NCBI GenBank assembly: GCA_021813145.1
Contig: JAKALS010000005.1
Location: forward strand, 74,022 to 123,620
From: a bacterium
Lineage (GTDB): Bacteria > Patescibacteriota > Microgenomatia > Levybacterales > UBA12049
Length of the DNA: 49,599 bases
Direction of reading: 5' to 3'
Positions 27,124 to 36,526 of this stretch are shown piece after piece; within the stretch, counting starts at the first letter, position 1, and each line of letters begins with the position of its first letter. The translations under genes and the position numbers were made by a program. Below the pieces are notes generated by a model. The model worked only from the letters and a program-made list of their open reading frames with translations, did not search any database and was not told where the DNA came from.

Positions 27124-29497
27124 TAATGTTTATGGAAATTGTTATGTTTTTAGGATTTTTGGGCAGAATTTTTGGAAGAAGAGGGATGGACGGAGATATC
27201 TTAACGCTCACGCTCGAGACGTGGGGTATTTGCATGAGAATGCTTTGCGCTTTTGAAAAGGATTGTCCCGAGATCTCTTTGGAAAGAGTCAACTGGTCTA
27301 TTTTGGGAAGAAGGTAAGCCTGAATATTAAGATTTGCGTCCACATTTGAAGAATCCTGTCCTTTTACGCTTTTTACATTAACATTTAAATTGTCTTGATT
27401 TATGGTGATGTTATTGTTGTTGAACAGGTTAAGGGCAAGGTTTACCATGTCATTTTTGTTGTAGGAAACAGCCTGGTAGGTTACCGTTCCGGTCAGGGTT
27501 ACCTGGTTTGCCTGGTCGCCGACGTTTTTGTCAAAGCTTTTACTTGTTACGTCTTCGGAAAAAAACCCGGGCAAAAGCTGACTGTCTCCGGAAACCTTTC
27601 CCGTTATGTCGCTTTTTGCTTTGTCTTCCAATTTTTTAGGAAGATCTGATAAGAGTTTATCGACGTCATCCTGCGAAACAACCGTAATATTTTTTGTAGT
27701 TCCTCCCGAAAAAGGATTATCGTTTTTTGCCGCAACCGAAGGATCGTTCCCTATATTAAAGACGGTATCCGAAGGAAGGTTATAATTGCTGCCGAAAGTA
27801 GCTGCCGTTACGTTAACATCTTGGGTTGCCGGTTTTGTTCCCGAGAACGGATCACCGGATGCGGATGCGAGGGAAACTCCGTTATCGAGCGTAAATTTAA
27901 GTCCGTTGGAAGACACAATTGTTGTCCCGGCCGGATAACTAACCGAGTTGCTTGAGTTGTTAAAGACGGTAACGGTCCCTTTTGCCTGGTTGCCCGTCTG
28001 TTTATTTCCCGTCGCGTTTGCGGTATCGGTACCGTTCTCGTTTACCGAAACAAACTGTGCGGCAACGACGTTATTCGCTACATCTGTAGGAGAGTCGGTT
28101 GAAAAGGTTACCGTATCGTCTTTTTGGGAGACATCCGGTTGAATATTTAAAACTACGCTAGCTTTAGATGTAAAAAGAAAAAGTACAAAAAGAACGATTA
28201 TAAGAATGATGATTCCCGCAGGAACCGCAAGAAAGATACCTTTTGTTTTTGCATATTTTTTAATAAAGGGCAAATTTATCTTTTTAAAGTCTATCCTTTT
28301 TAAGGAGGCCAAAAAAGCGGGTATTGTTTTTTTAACAAGGGGAATCACTTCGGAAAATCTCGAAGCCGTCTCCCGCCTTTCATCGTTTAGCATGAGCTTT
28401 TGCGGTATTTCTTCTATCGCTTCCGCCGCAGGTTCTTCATTTCCAAATCCCTCAAGCGAATCGGATTCCAGTTTTTCGTTCTTGGTTTCGGGTTCTTTGT
28501 TTACCGACTGCTCGTTGTCTATTGATTTTCCTATATCTTCGTTTTCCAAAAATCCGAAAAACTCCGGGGATGCTGCTTCGCTTACATCTTCAACCTTTTC
28601 CTCAAAAGGGTTTCCGGTTACCGCTTCCGTCTCTTCGGTTACAGGTTCTTCCGCCGGAAGCACCGGTTCTTCGACTTTTAGCCCCTGATCTTCGGACGGT
28701 TCAAATTTCGTTACCTCCCCTTCCTCTTTTTTAATATATCCCGTTATAATACTCAGGCTCATTTGCGCACCGGTTCCCAGAAGCATCGCATTCGCCTCAA
28801 ATTCCGGGCTTAGATTAACTATTTGCGGGAGGTGCAAAAAGGGAAGACTTTTACTCCATTGGTGGCCGGTTAATTCCTGGATTGTGTCTTCGGAAGCGTT
28901 AAATACTATTATTTTTGAAGGAAGAATTTCCGGCGATTCAAAGTGTTTTAAGAGGGTGTCAATTGTGTAGGGAACATTTTCGTGTATTTCCGAGCTTTTT
29001 GTTTCGATCACTTTCCCGGCTTTTACAAGGGAAATACTTATGTATCTTTTTCCTATGTCGGCAAGTATTGCGGTAATGGGTGCGCCTTCTTCTTTTTGGA
29101 CAAGGCTTGTGACCGCTTCGTTTAGGACAAGAAATCCTATTGGCGTAAGAACAAGCTCGTCGGATGCTTTTTTCAGTTTATCCAGATACTCTTTTTTTAT
29201 CTTGTTGTCTTCTATCCACGAACCCTTAAGCCCGAATATTGCTTTTTGGGTTTCTATATTATCGGGTAGAGCTTCCTCGGCTCCGGAGATTGCCTTATCA
29301 AGGGTGTTTAAAAAGTCTTCGGTGGATGCATTTTCTACCGAATCGGGGAATTCTTCCTGGTGCTCGGAAATTATTTTTAGGTTTCTTTCCTGTTGCTCGA
29401 GTATGACCGCGACGGCTTTTTCATTCCTAAGGACCAGGGCCAGGTAGTATTCCGGCTTTTCTTTTTTATCCAAAAAAGAAGGTTTGGGTAGTTTCAT
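27116..29497 (-). CDS. CPR membrane protein: FtsA/actin-like N-terminal region, acidic linker, TM, baseplate-J-like C-terminal domain
   Basis: TAILADIGKRYISISLV in the N-terminus; ATGNKQTGNQAKGTVTVFN...YPAGT...VTAATFGSNYN...FSGG in the C-terminus. Confidence 0.6.
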   Translation of the reverse strand: MKLPKPSFLDKKEKPEYYLALVLRNEKAVAVILEQQERNLKIISEHQEEFPDSVENASTEDFLNTLDKAISGAEEALPDNIETQKAIFGLKGSWIEDNKIKKEYLDKLKKASDELVLTPIGFLVLNEAVTSLVQKEEGAPITAILADIGKRYISISLVKAGKVIETKSSEIHENVPYTIDTLLKHFESPEILPSKIIVFNASEDTIQELTGHQWSKSLPFLHLPQIVNLSPEFEANAMLLGTGAQMSLSIITGYIKKEEGEVTKFEPSEDQGLKVEEPVLPAEEPVTEETEAVTGNPFEEKVEDVSEAASPEFFGFLENEDIGKSIDNEQSVNKEPETKNEKLESDSLEGFGNEEPAAEAIEEIPQKLMLNDERRETASRFSEVIPLVKKTIPAFLASLKRIDFKKINLPFIKKYAKTKGIFLAVPAGIIILIIVLFVLFLFTSKASVVLNIQPDVSQKDDTVTFSTDSPTDVANNVVAAQFVSVNENGTDTANATGNKQTGNQAKGTVTVFNNSSNSVSYPAGTTIVSSNGLKFTLDNGVSLASASGDPFSGTKPATQDVNVTAATFGSNYNLPSDTVFNIGNDPSVAAKNDNPFSGGTTKNITVVSQDDVDKLLSDLPKKLEDKAKSDITGKVSGDSQLLPGFFSEDVTSKSFDKNVGDQANQVTLTGTVTYQAVSYNKNDMVNLALNLFNNNNITINQDNLNVNVKSVKGQDSSNVDANLNIQAYLLPKIDQLTLSKEISGQSFSKAQSILMQIPHVSSVSVKISPSIPLLPKILPKNPKNITISINING

Positions 29498-29499
29498 AA

Positions 29500-31335
29500 T
29501 TATTCGCCCACAACGGCATAAATTCTGCGCTGTCCGTTACCTATATTTTCCTGTTTTATTATCTTAAACCTTTTTAGCCTCGATGTAAAATCCACGTGCG
29601 GCCCTCCGCAGAATTCGACAGAGTAATAGTTTCCGCCGGCCTGTTCCCCTACGAAATAGACTTTTACGTCGTTTCCGTATTTTTCGTCAAAAAGTCCTAT
29701 TGCCCCGGTTTCTTTTGCTTTATCAAGAGGCATTATTTCAAAATGTACGGGCAGGTTTTCCTTTATTTTTCCGTTAACCGTATCTTCGAGTTTTTTTATC
29801 TCTTCGTCGGTTAATTTCCTGTCAAAGTTAAAATCAAACCTTAATCTTTCCGTTGTAATATTGCTTCCCGTCTGGTGCAAGTCCTGCCCGAACATATCCC
29901 GCAATGCCTTATGCAAAAGATGTGTTGCCGTATGACCCATTACCGTTTTTTCCTGTGTGTCGGCAAGCCCGCCTTTGAATTTTTTCTGTGAGCCCGCTCT
30001 TGAAAGCTTTTGGTGTTCTTGCATTAAGCTTGCGAACTGCTGTTCGTCAAAAACGTATCCCAGACTTCTAATCTGGGTCGGGGAGAGGCCATGACTTTGG
30101 TAAATGTCAAAAGCGTCCTTTGCCGGTATTTCTTTTACTCCGTTTACTTCTTTTCCCGGAAATTTTTTCTCCAAAACAGCATGAGCCTGTTTTAACGTCT
30201 CTCTATACTTATTTATTTCATTTAAAATAATCAGCTTTATATTTTCAAAATTATCCGCCAATTCATTATCTGTATTTTTATACTGTTCTATTATTGAGCC
30301 AATGATTGAATTTACGGGAAGATTAATTTCTTCAAATTCCCTAAGTTCGTTTATATTGTCAAATGCTCTTCTAATTAATCTTCTTAAAATATAACCCTGT
30401 TCTTTGTTTGATGGCACGATTTTGGAATTAACTATAAAAACTGAAGCGGCAAAATGGTCTGCGATTATTTGCATCGCTCTTTTATTTTCCTTATATTTTT
30501 TTTCTGTAATTCTTTCTATCTCTTTTATTATTGGAGCAAACAAGGATGTTTCGAATATGTCGGGTTGATCTTCAACAGCTGCCAAAAGTCTTTCCGCACC
30601 GCCCCCAAAGTCTACATTTTTCTGAGGTAATTCCTTAAATCCGTCCCCCGTTTTTAAGTACTGCATAAATACCGAATTTGCAATTTCCATATATTTTCCG
30701 CATTCGCATAAAACCGGAGAATCTCCTTCGCATTCATCTTTGTGTTCTATGTTGTCAAAACGGTAGTACACTTCGGTATCTGGCCCTCCCGGTTCACCTA
30801 CGGGCATATTTTTCGGAACGCCGCTTCGTGACCACCAGTTTTTGTCAACACCTGCAAAAAATATTCTATTTTCCTGGACAGAGCCGAATGAATTCTTCAG
30901 TACTTCATTCCATATGTCAAAAGCTTCGCTATCCTTAGGTACCGAGCCGTCATCCGTTCCTGCGAATACGGTTATATAAAGCTTTTCTTTCGAAATTTTG
31001 AGTTCTTCTGTCAGAAATTCCCACAGCCAGGGGATTTCTTCTTTTTTAAAATAGTTTCCCAAAGACCAGTTCCCAAGCATCCTGAAAAATGTTTCATGCC
31101 TGCTGTCTCCGACCTCGTCTATATCAACGGCCCTGAAGCAGTTTTGTACATCTACAAGTTTTTGTCCCTGGGGATGTTTTTCCCCCAAAAGATAGGGGAT
31201 TAAGGGTTGCATTCCCGAAGATGTAAAAAGAGTTGTCGGATCGTTTTCGGGGACAAGAGGAGAATTTGCTATGGGTTTATGCCCTCTTTCTTCGAAGAAT
31301 TTAATATATTTTTGAATTATTTCCTGAATAGTCAT
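29500..31335 (-). CDS. alaS: Alanine--tRNA ligase (short form lacking C-Ala)
   Basis: DPTTLFTSSGMQP, HETFFRMLGNWSLGNYFK, GYILRRLIRRA, editing motifs HTATHLL and CGGPH. Confidence 0.96.
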   Translation of the reverse strand: MTIQEIIQKYIKFFEERGHKPIANSPLVPENDPTTLFTSSGMQPLIPYLLGEKHPQGQKLVDVQNCFRAVDIDEVGDSRHETFFRMLGNWSLGNYFKKEEIPWLWEFLTEELKISKEKLYITVFAGTDDGSVPKDSEAFDIWNEVLKNSFGSVQENRIFFAGVDKNWWSRSGVPKNMPVGEPGGPDTEVYYRFDNIEHKDECEGDSPVLCECGKYMEIANSVFMQYLKTGDGFKELPQKNVDFGGGAERLLAAVEDQPDIFETSLFAPIIKEIERITEKKYKENKRAMQIIADHFAASVFIVNSKIVPSNKEQGYILRRLIRRAFDNINELREFEEINLPVNSIIGSIIEQYKNTDNELADNFENIKLIILNEINKYRETLKQAHAVLEKKFPGKEVNGVKEIPAKDAFDIYQSHGLSPTQIRSLGYVFDEQQFASLMQEHQKLSRAGSQKKFKGGLADTQEKTVMGHTATHLLHKALRDMFGQDLHQTGSNITTERLRFDFNFDRKLTDEEIKKLEDTVNGKIKENLPVHFEIMPLDKAKETGAIGLFDEKYGNDVKVYFVGEQAGGNYYSVEFCGGPHVDFTSRLKRFKIIKQENIGNGQRRIYAVVGE

Positions 31336-31451
31336 TACTTTTTAACCCTGGGATTTACAAGCTTTATAACCTGCTTGCAAAGCTAAGCTAATTATAGCAG
31401 AGAAGGCTAGTATCTGGTATTCGGTGTTTGGTGTTTGTGAAATACAAAATT

Positions 31452-31646
31452 CTACGATAATTCCGGGGAGAATTGAAGATTATCGTAATATTCTTTCGCC
31501 GACCAACCCTGGTTAGCACTGTCAAATACTTCAATTTCCCGGGCCGGTTGAATTGATTGCGGTGTTTCGGTAGATGGGGATACGTTTCTAATCTCGATAT
31601 CCGAAGTACCGATAGGCAACCCGATTTCTAAATTTTCTTTATTCAT
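31452..31646 (-). CDS. Small hypothetical protein
   Basis: ORF filling the gap; ATG at 31646 or TTG at 31661. Confidence 0.45.
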   Translation of the reverse strand: MNKENLEIGLPIGTSDIEIRNVSPSTETPQSIQPAREIEVFDSANQGWSAKEYYDNLQFSPELS

Positions 31647-31722
31647 AATACTCACCCCCAATAAATAAACAGAGAATGAAGATTCTATAATTGTTTTCTG
31701 AAATTATCCTGAGGCGGTTTAT

Positions 31723-32124
31723 CTAGTGCGGATTGGGTTTATACGCCGGTTCGGGCCAGTTATAGGGGTTTCTGATGTATTCGGCAATTCCCAATACACT
31801 TCCCACAAATTCTTCATTATCTTTTACCTGTTCTTCCGACCATAATTCAACTGCCGAATGCAGAGCTTCAAAAATATTTCCGTCCACCTGGTAAGCACTT
31901 TCCAATACTTCTCCGTTTTTCTCGGTTTCTCTTCTGAGAATAAGTGCGTATTTTATTCCTAAGCTGGGATTTGTTGAGGGGATTAAAGAGGTTATCTCTA
32001 CAGAGTCCGGTGCTCCGTCTGCGATAAAATCGGCAAGACGGTTTACGTTTTTTTCAATGCTGTCTTCTATTACCGTTTCTTCTTCCGAAATTTCCCAAAG
32101 CCCGGTTTCAAGTCTGCTTGCCAT
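31723..32124 (-). CDS. Acidic hypothetical protein
   Basis: 133 aa; TTGACT-17-TATTTT promoter 7 nt before the ATG. Confidence 0.7.
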   Translation of the reverse strand: MASRLETGLWEISEEETVIEDSIEKNVNRLADFIADGAPDSVEITSLIPSTNPSLGIKYALILRRETEKNGEVLESAYQVDGNIFEALHSAVELWSEEQVKDNEEFVGSVLGIAEYIRNPYNWPEPAYKPNPH

Positions 32125-32220
32125 TTAGACTAAAATAGCAATACAAACGGCAATAGTCAATAATTAATTGGTTCACGGTTTGGCAGTTTATGATTTATAG
32201 ACTTTATAACTTATGAGCAG

Positions 32221-34461
32221 TTAGGGGGTAGTTGTCGGTGTAGGGCTCGGTAGTATGGAAGGGATTACCGAAGGAGAAGGACCAGCTGTTCCCCTGGGAG
32301 TAGCGGATGGTTTTATTGAAGGACTCGGTGATGTCTTCGGACTTGGAGTCGGACTTGCTTTTGGACTTGCGCTTGCGGAAGGGCTGGGGCTTATGGAAGA
32401 GCTCGGCGAAGGTGAAGGACTCTTAGACGGAGAAGGCGAGGGAGAGGGGGAAGACGAGGGGGACGGAGAAGGCGAGGGGGAGGGAGTTGTAACCGTTATG
32501 CCGGGAACGGGGACCTGTCTTGGAGCCAAATTACTGTAGGGAGCGGGAGTTTTGGGAGGGGGAGTAAATCCGAAAATTATTATTCCGGCTCCTAGGGCAA
32601 GCATTGCAAGAAGAACCCACATTGCGGCAGAACTTTCCGTTATTCCCGTTCCCGCCTGGGCGGGGGCTCTTTGGGGAGGAGTATATTCGCTTGTGCTAAT
32701 AAGACTGTAGACGGGTGCGGAAAAAAACAATCCTCCCTGCCAAACTAGCAAAATTGCCAGGGTAAAAATAAGAAGGCTTTGCCTGAAGAATATAAAACCG
32801 AAAGCCGCCGCAAAACAGATTATTGCTATCAGCATTTCCGATTCGGTTGACCTTATCGCGCTTAAAATTTTTAATTTGGGGTTTGCTTTTTGCGTCCTTA
32901 AAAAAACTCCGTTTCGCTGTATCAGACCCTGGACACTGCCAAGTGTAATTGCCCATCCGAAACTGAAAAAGTTAGACATTGCGGAAATAGAATCCCTTGT
33001 ACTAAGCCCTAAGGCATTTTTTAATACCCATACGAATCTCCAAAGACCCGTAAACAAGAGTACGGTAGGGATAAGAATGAGGGGAGTCCTAAAAGGAATA
33101 AATCCCTGGATCTGTGGATAAAGGCTTAATATTCCTCCTAAAATCAGGAAAAATGCAAAAAATAAATTCAAAAGGTCGTTGTACCACTGCAGGCCTCCGG
33201 CAAGGTAATAATATTTCTGTGCAAATGTAAGTTTATTTGAAGGGTCTACCATGCCGGACCAGGGGAGAAGTGCTTCCCAGTGTTTTTTTAATATCTGTAT
33301 TCCTCCGAAACACCACCTGAACCGCTGCTTTTTAAATTCGTCGAAAGTTAAAGGCATCAAACCTCTTCCGTAGCTTTTATCAATATACAAAGATTGGTAA
33401 CCGAGTTTTAAAATCCTTAGGCTTGCCTCGGCGTCTTCGGTAATACACCATTCGTCCCAGCCTCCGATTTCTAAAAGCACGGACTTTCTTAAAAGTCCCA
33501 TTGTTCCCGCAAAAATTATTGCATTCCTTTCGTTTCTAGACTGCATGGAAACGCTGAAAAAATATTTGTATCCAAGGTAAGCCGCCCTAAAAAATGAATT
33601 GGCTGCGCTTCTTCTGTAGTCCTGCGGAGTTTGGACAAAAGCAATTTTTTCGTCATGAAAAAAGGGAATAAGGTCTTTTAAAAAATTCGGTTTTACTTCG
33701 TAGTCGGAATCTATAACTCCTATAACCTCGGCATCTTTTGAGGTTTGGGACAGGGCAAAATTTAATGCCCCTGACTTGTATCCCGGCCAGTCGGACAAAT
33801 GGAAAAATTTGAATCTGTCGCCCAAACGTTTGCAGGCCTCTTCCAAAGGCTGCCAGGTTTCTTTTTGGGGAGTGTTGTTGTCTATTACTATGATTTCGTA
33901 ATTTTCGTAGTCAAGCTTTGCCAGAGTCTCAAGGGTTCTTATTACTATATCGGCAGGCTCGTTATAGCAGGGAAGGTGAAGGGAAACTTTCGGAGCGTAA
34001 GTTGTTCTTGAAAGCTCTCTTACTTTTCTTCGCCAGCGGGACCTGCAAAGAGTATCCAAAGCTTCAAATGCGTATGAAAGCGTTAAAAAAAGCGCAAACG
34101 TTTCTATAAGGAAAAATATAAGGGCCAGGGTATACCCCAATACATTTGCGGTTGCAAAAGCCGTAATTCCGAAGGAGTAGACAAGATAAATAACTATAAG
34201 GGTAAAAAGGTGTGTCCATGCCGCTTTAGCCAGAAAATTCCAGTCGGGTAAAAGCAAAATCCATACAACCCCCTCTATTGCTATAAGTCCGTAGAGGATA
34301 TATTCGTTTTTGACAAAAAAAGCTCCTATTCCTATTGTTATTAGAAGCCACAAAAGAGAAATAACAGGACTTGAAATCCGTGTTTTTACACCAAAAAGTA
34401 CAAGAGGCACAAAACTTACAACAAACAATATGGCAGATAGGTATAAAGCATCGGTTAACAT
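32221..34461 (-). CDS. Processive GT2 glycosyltransferase (cellulose synthase/NdvB-NdvC-like) with Ser/Pro tail
   Basis: LPCYNEP, IDNNT, YKSGALN, IDSDY, QTPQDY, TEDAE, QRFRW; multiple TMs; (SP)n tail. Confidence 0.9.
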   Translation of the reverse strand: MLTDALYLSAILFVVSFVPLVLFGVKTRISSPVISLLWLLITIGIGAFFVKNEYILYGLIAIEGVVWILLLPDWNFLAKAAWTHLFTLIVIYLVYSFGITAFATANVLGYTLALIFFLIETFALFLTLSYAFEALDTLCRSRWRRKVRELSRTTYAPKVSLHLPCYNEPADIVIRTLETLAKLDYENYEIIVIDNNTPQKETWQPLEEACKRLGDRFKFFHLSDWPGYKSGALNFALSQTSKDAEVIGVIDSDYEVKPNFLKDLIPFFHDEKIAFVQTPQDYRRSAANSFFRAAYLGYKYFFSVSMQSRNERNAIIFAGTMGLLRKSVLLEIGGWDEWCITEDAEASLRILKLGYQSLYIDKSYGRGLMPLTFDEFKKQRFRWCFGGIQILKKHWEALLPWSGMVDPSNKLTFAQKYYYLAGGLQWYNDLLNLFFAFFLILGGILSLYPQIQGFIPFRTPLILIPTVLLFTGLWRFVWVLKNALGLSTRDSISAMSNFFSFGWAITLGSVQGLIQRNGVFLRTQKANPKLKILSAIRSTESEMLIAIICFAAAFGFIFFRQSLLIFTLAILLVWQGGLFFSAPVYSLISTSEYTPPQRAPAQAGTGITESSAAMWVLLAMLALGAGIIIFGFTPPPKTPAPYSNLAPRQVPVPGITVTTPSPSPSPSPSSSPSPSPSPSKSPSPSPSSSISPSPSASASPKASPTPSPKTSPSPSIKPSATPRGTAGPSPSVIPSILPSPTPTTTP

Positions 34462-34465
34462 ATTT

Positions 34466-34831
34466 TTAACTAAAAATTAAGTGAATTAAAAATAAAGCAA
34501 AAAATATTGCGCCAAAAAGGAAAAGTATTAAAGATACATATAAATAGTTTTTGGAATGTATCAAATCCTGGGTACTAAGTCCTCGGCTTCTAATAAGGCT
34601 TTCGTTTTTTAGAAAAACCAAAGGGGCAAAAATTATAGTCAGGATACCTCCCAAGCTGAGGCCGAAGAAGGCGAGTTTTAACCAGCTTACGGAAAATTTG
34701 CCTCCGACAGGGTAGGGCACGGGCGTACCTTCCCTCTTTTTAGGGATATTTAAAACTTCGCCTGAAGCGGATTTGACTGTATAGTAATCGTTTGTTTGCG
34801 ACAGGTAAGTTAAATCGTCCATTAATAGCAC
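34466..34831 (-). CDS. Small membrane protein
   Basis: 121 aa ORF, two TMs, 4 nt upstream of the GT2 gene. Confidence 0.65.
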   Translation of the reverse strand: MLLMDDLTYLSQTNDYYTVKSASGEVLNIPKKREGTPVPYPVGGKFSVSWLKLAFFGLSLGGILTIIFAPLVFLKNESLIRSRGLSTQDLIHSKNYLYVSLILFLFGAIFFALFLIHLIFS

Positions 34832-34886
34832 TCTACAATAGCATTCTTAAAGTTGTGTAATTTTAATGTAAGGATTTGATGATTAG

Positions 34887-35057
34887 AGTGTATTTTTGTT
34901 ACAATTACGCAATGAAAAAGTTCAGGCTATGGTGGATTGCAATTCCTTTATAAATGTTCGGCCTAAGGACAAAAATACGAGCAATGAAATTCAAGATCTG
35001 GATTTGAGAAAAAAGTTCGAAGATTTAATAAAATATTTTTTCGGGAACATATTATGA
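34887..35057 (+). pseudogene. 3' fragment of a DUF5674-like gene
   Basis: Manual translation ...MVDCNSFINVRPKDKNTSNEIQDLDLRKKFEDLIKYFFGNIL*; its TGA overlaps the next ATG (ATGA); no 5' part is present. Confidence 0.5.
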
Positions 35058-35320
35058 AAAACAAACAGATTTTAGGAGCACTAGCTTTAGATTTAAAAAG
35101 AGTTGCTATCGCATACTTTAGGGGATCTAACGGTATGGCTGAAAGATTTTTAACAGAGGCGCTTAAGAGAAAAAGTGAATTAGACGATAAAAACCTGAAG
35201 CCTTATTTGGTTAATTTCTTAAACATGATTGAAAGTCTTAAAAAAGAAAAACGAGGTAGAGCCGCTGACAGCGCTCTATTATATAGTACGATTTTTCAAA
35301 ACGCTTCAGCATCATTATAG
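35054..35320 (+). CDS. Small helical hypothetical protein
   Basis: 88 aa, LALDLKRVA...AERFLTEA. Confidence 0.7.
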   Translation: MKNKQILGALALDLKRVAIAYFRGSNGMAERFLTEALKRKSELDDKNLKPYLVNFLNMIESLKKEKRGRAADSALLYSTIFQNASASL

Positions 35321-35389
35321 TACTAATTCATACCCTTTTTCCTGATGTCTATCTCCAATATAATCTAAAATTCACTCTTGAGTCGTCAA
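35315..35389 (-). pseudogene. Remnant 5' end of a wHTH gene related to 40926..41900
   Basis: TTG-T-T-Q-E-*-ILDYIGDRHQEKGYEL versus MITNTRGKILEYIKLHNQVSVHEL; upstream DNA is also similar. Confidence 0.5.
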
Positions 35390-35432
35390 GTTTACAGTTC
35401 ACAGTATACTGTAAACAATGTCAATACCCTTA

Positions 35433-35456
35433 TTCGCAAAGCAAAGAATTTAAAGT
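35433..35456 (+). repeat. Degenerate copy (left arm plus spacer) of the 24-bp palindromic site, site 0
   Basis: TTCGCAAA GCAAAGAA TTTAAAGT; same upstream context (TGTCAATA...TATTCGCAAA) as site E. Confidence 0.55.
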
Positions 35457-35497
35457 GTATACTACAACAATAACTTGACAGGCTTTGTATCTCTTAC

Positions 35498-35535
35498 TTG
35501 ACACCCTGTGATAACTGTTGTAAAATAATTACAAC
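35498..35535 (+). promoter_or_regulatory. Sigma70 promoter with overlapping palindromic operator
   Basis: TTGACA (35498)-17-TAAAAT (35521); GTTGTAA-N5-TTACAAC (35517-35535) directly before the XRE ATG. Confidence 0.7.
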
Positions 35536-35907
35536 ATGAAATTTGGAGATTATTTCAGACAATTACGGATAGCTAGGGAAATGACTCTTCGAGGATATTG
35601 TGAGCGATTTGGGCAAGACCCATCAAATATTAGTAGACTGGAGAATGGCAAACTAAATCCTCCTAAAGACGTTGGGAAATTGAAAGGTTATGCTATTTCT
35701 CTTGGATTAAAAGAAAATACAAAGGAATGGATTAATTTTTTTGATTTGGCATATCAAGCCAACAAAGAACTTCCCAAAGAAATTAAAGAGGAAGTCCCTG
35801 AAGTAATTGCCTTATTACCGGCATTTTTAAGAACGGGGAATAATAAGAAAATAAATAAAGAAAAGGTTAAAAAACTTATTAAATTTCTGGAAAAAGGCGG
35901 AGAGTAA
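35536..35907 (+). CDS. XRE-family HTH transcriptional regulator
   Basis: FGDYFRQLRIAREMTLRGYCERFGQDPSNISRLENG. Confidence 0.9.
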   Translation: MKFGDYFRQLRIAREMTLRGYCERFGQDPSNISRLENGKLNPPKDVGKLKGYAISLGLKENTKEWINFFDLAYQANKELPKEIKEEVPEVIALLPAFLRTGNNKKINKEKVKKLIKFLEKGGE

Positions 35908-35908
35908 T

Positions 35909-36502
35909 ATGACTGTTTCTCCGGCTAAACCTCTTACTTATAAACAGATAATTAAAATCGCGGAAGGTTTCTTAAAAGAACACTACTCTTCATTAAGGAT
36001 TCCAATTCCGATTGAGGAAATAATTGAATTGGAATTAGGAATTAAGATAACCGCTTACAATGGTCTTAAGAAAAATTTCGATATCGACGGATTTTTATCC
36101 GGTGATTGTAGTGAGATAGTAATCGACAACGGTGTTTTTATAAAATTTAAAGAAAGAGCTAGATTTACTTTGGCACATGAATTAGGTCATAGTGTTCTTC
36201 ATAGAGAACTATATGAGCACTTGAATTTTAAAACTCCTGAAGATGTAGTAAATTTTCAGGATGCAATTTCTGAAGAAAATTATGGGTGGTATGAGTATCA
36301 GGCAAATGTTTTTGCTGCCGGACTCCTTGTTCCTTCAGAAATTCTGAAAATAGAATACGATCTTGCTGTTAAGGAAATAAAGAAAATAAATAAAGAAGAG
36401 GAATTTATTGTTCCCTATTTAGAATCTTTGTTAAATAAATTTGAGGTTTCAAGTTATGTTTTGATTCAGAGATTAAGAAAAGAACACTTATTAGGCTCTT
36501 AG
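35909..36502 (+). CDS. ImmA/IrrE-family metallopeptidase
   Basis: RARFTLAHELGHSVLH and EYQANVFAAGLLVP. Confidence 0.92.
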   Translation: MTVSPAKPLTYKQIIKIAEGFLKEHYSSLRIPIPIEEIIELELGIKITAYNGLKKNFDIDGFLSGDCSEIVIDNGVFIKFKERARFTLAHELGHSVLHRELYEHLNFKTPEDVVNFQDAISEENYGWYEYQANVFAAGLLVPSEILKIEYDLAVKEIKKINKEEEFIVPYLESLLNKFEVSSYVLIQRLRKEHLLGS

Positions 36503-36526
36503 TTTAAACATTTGGATTAAATTATA

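Noticed and set aside
27116..29497. Prophage or contractile injection system suggested by the baseplate-J-like domain
   Set aside because: No other phage structural genes; the protein is TM-anchored within a housekeeping operon.
32255..32539. 94-aa Gly/Glu-rich ORF on the + strand
   Set aside because: Antisense shadow of the Ser/Pro repeat tail of the GT2 gene.
35372..35374. In-frame TGA as evidence for genetic code 25
   Set aside because: nusA and rnj end properly at TGA and long genes have no internal TGA, so this is a nonsense mutation in a remnant.
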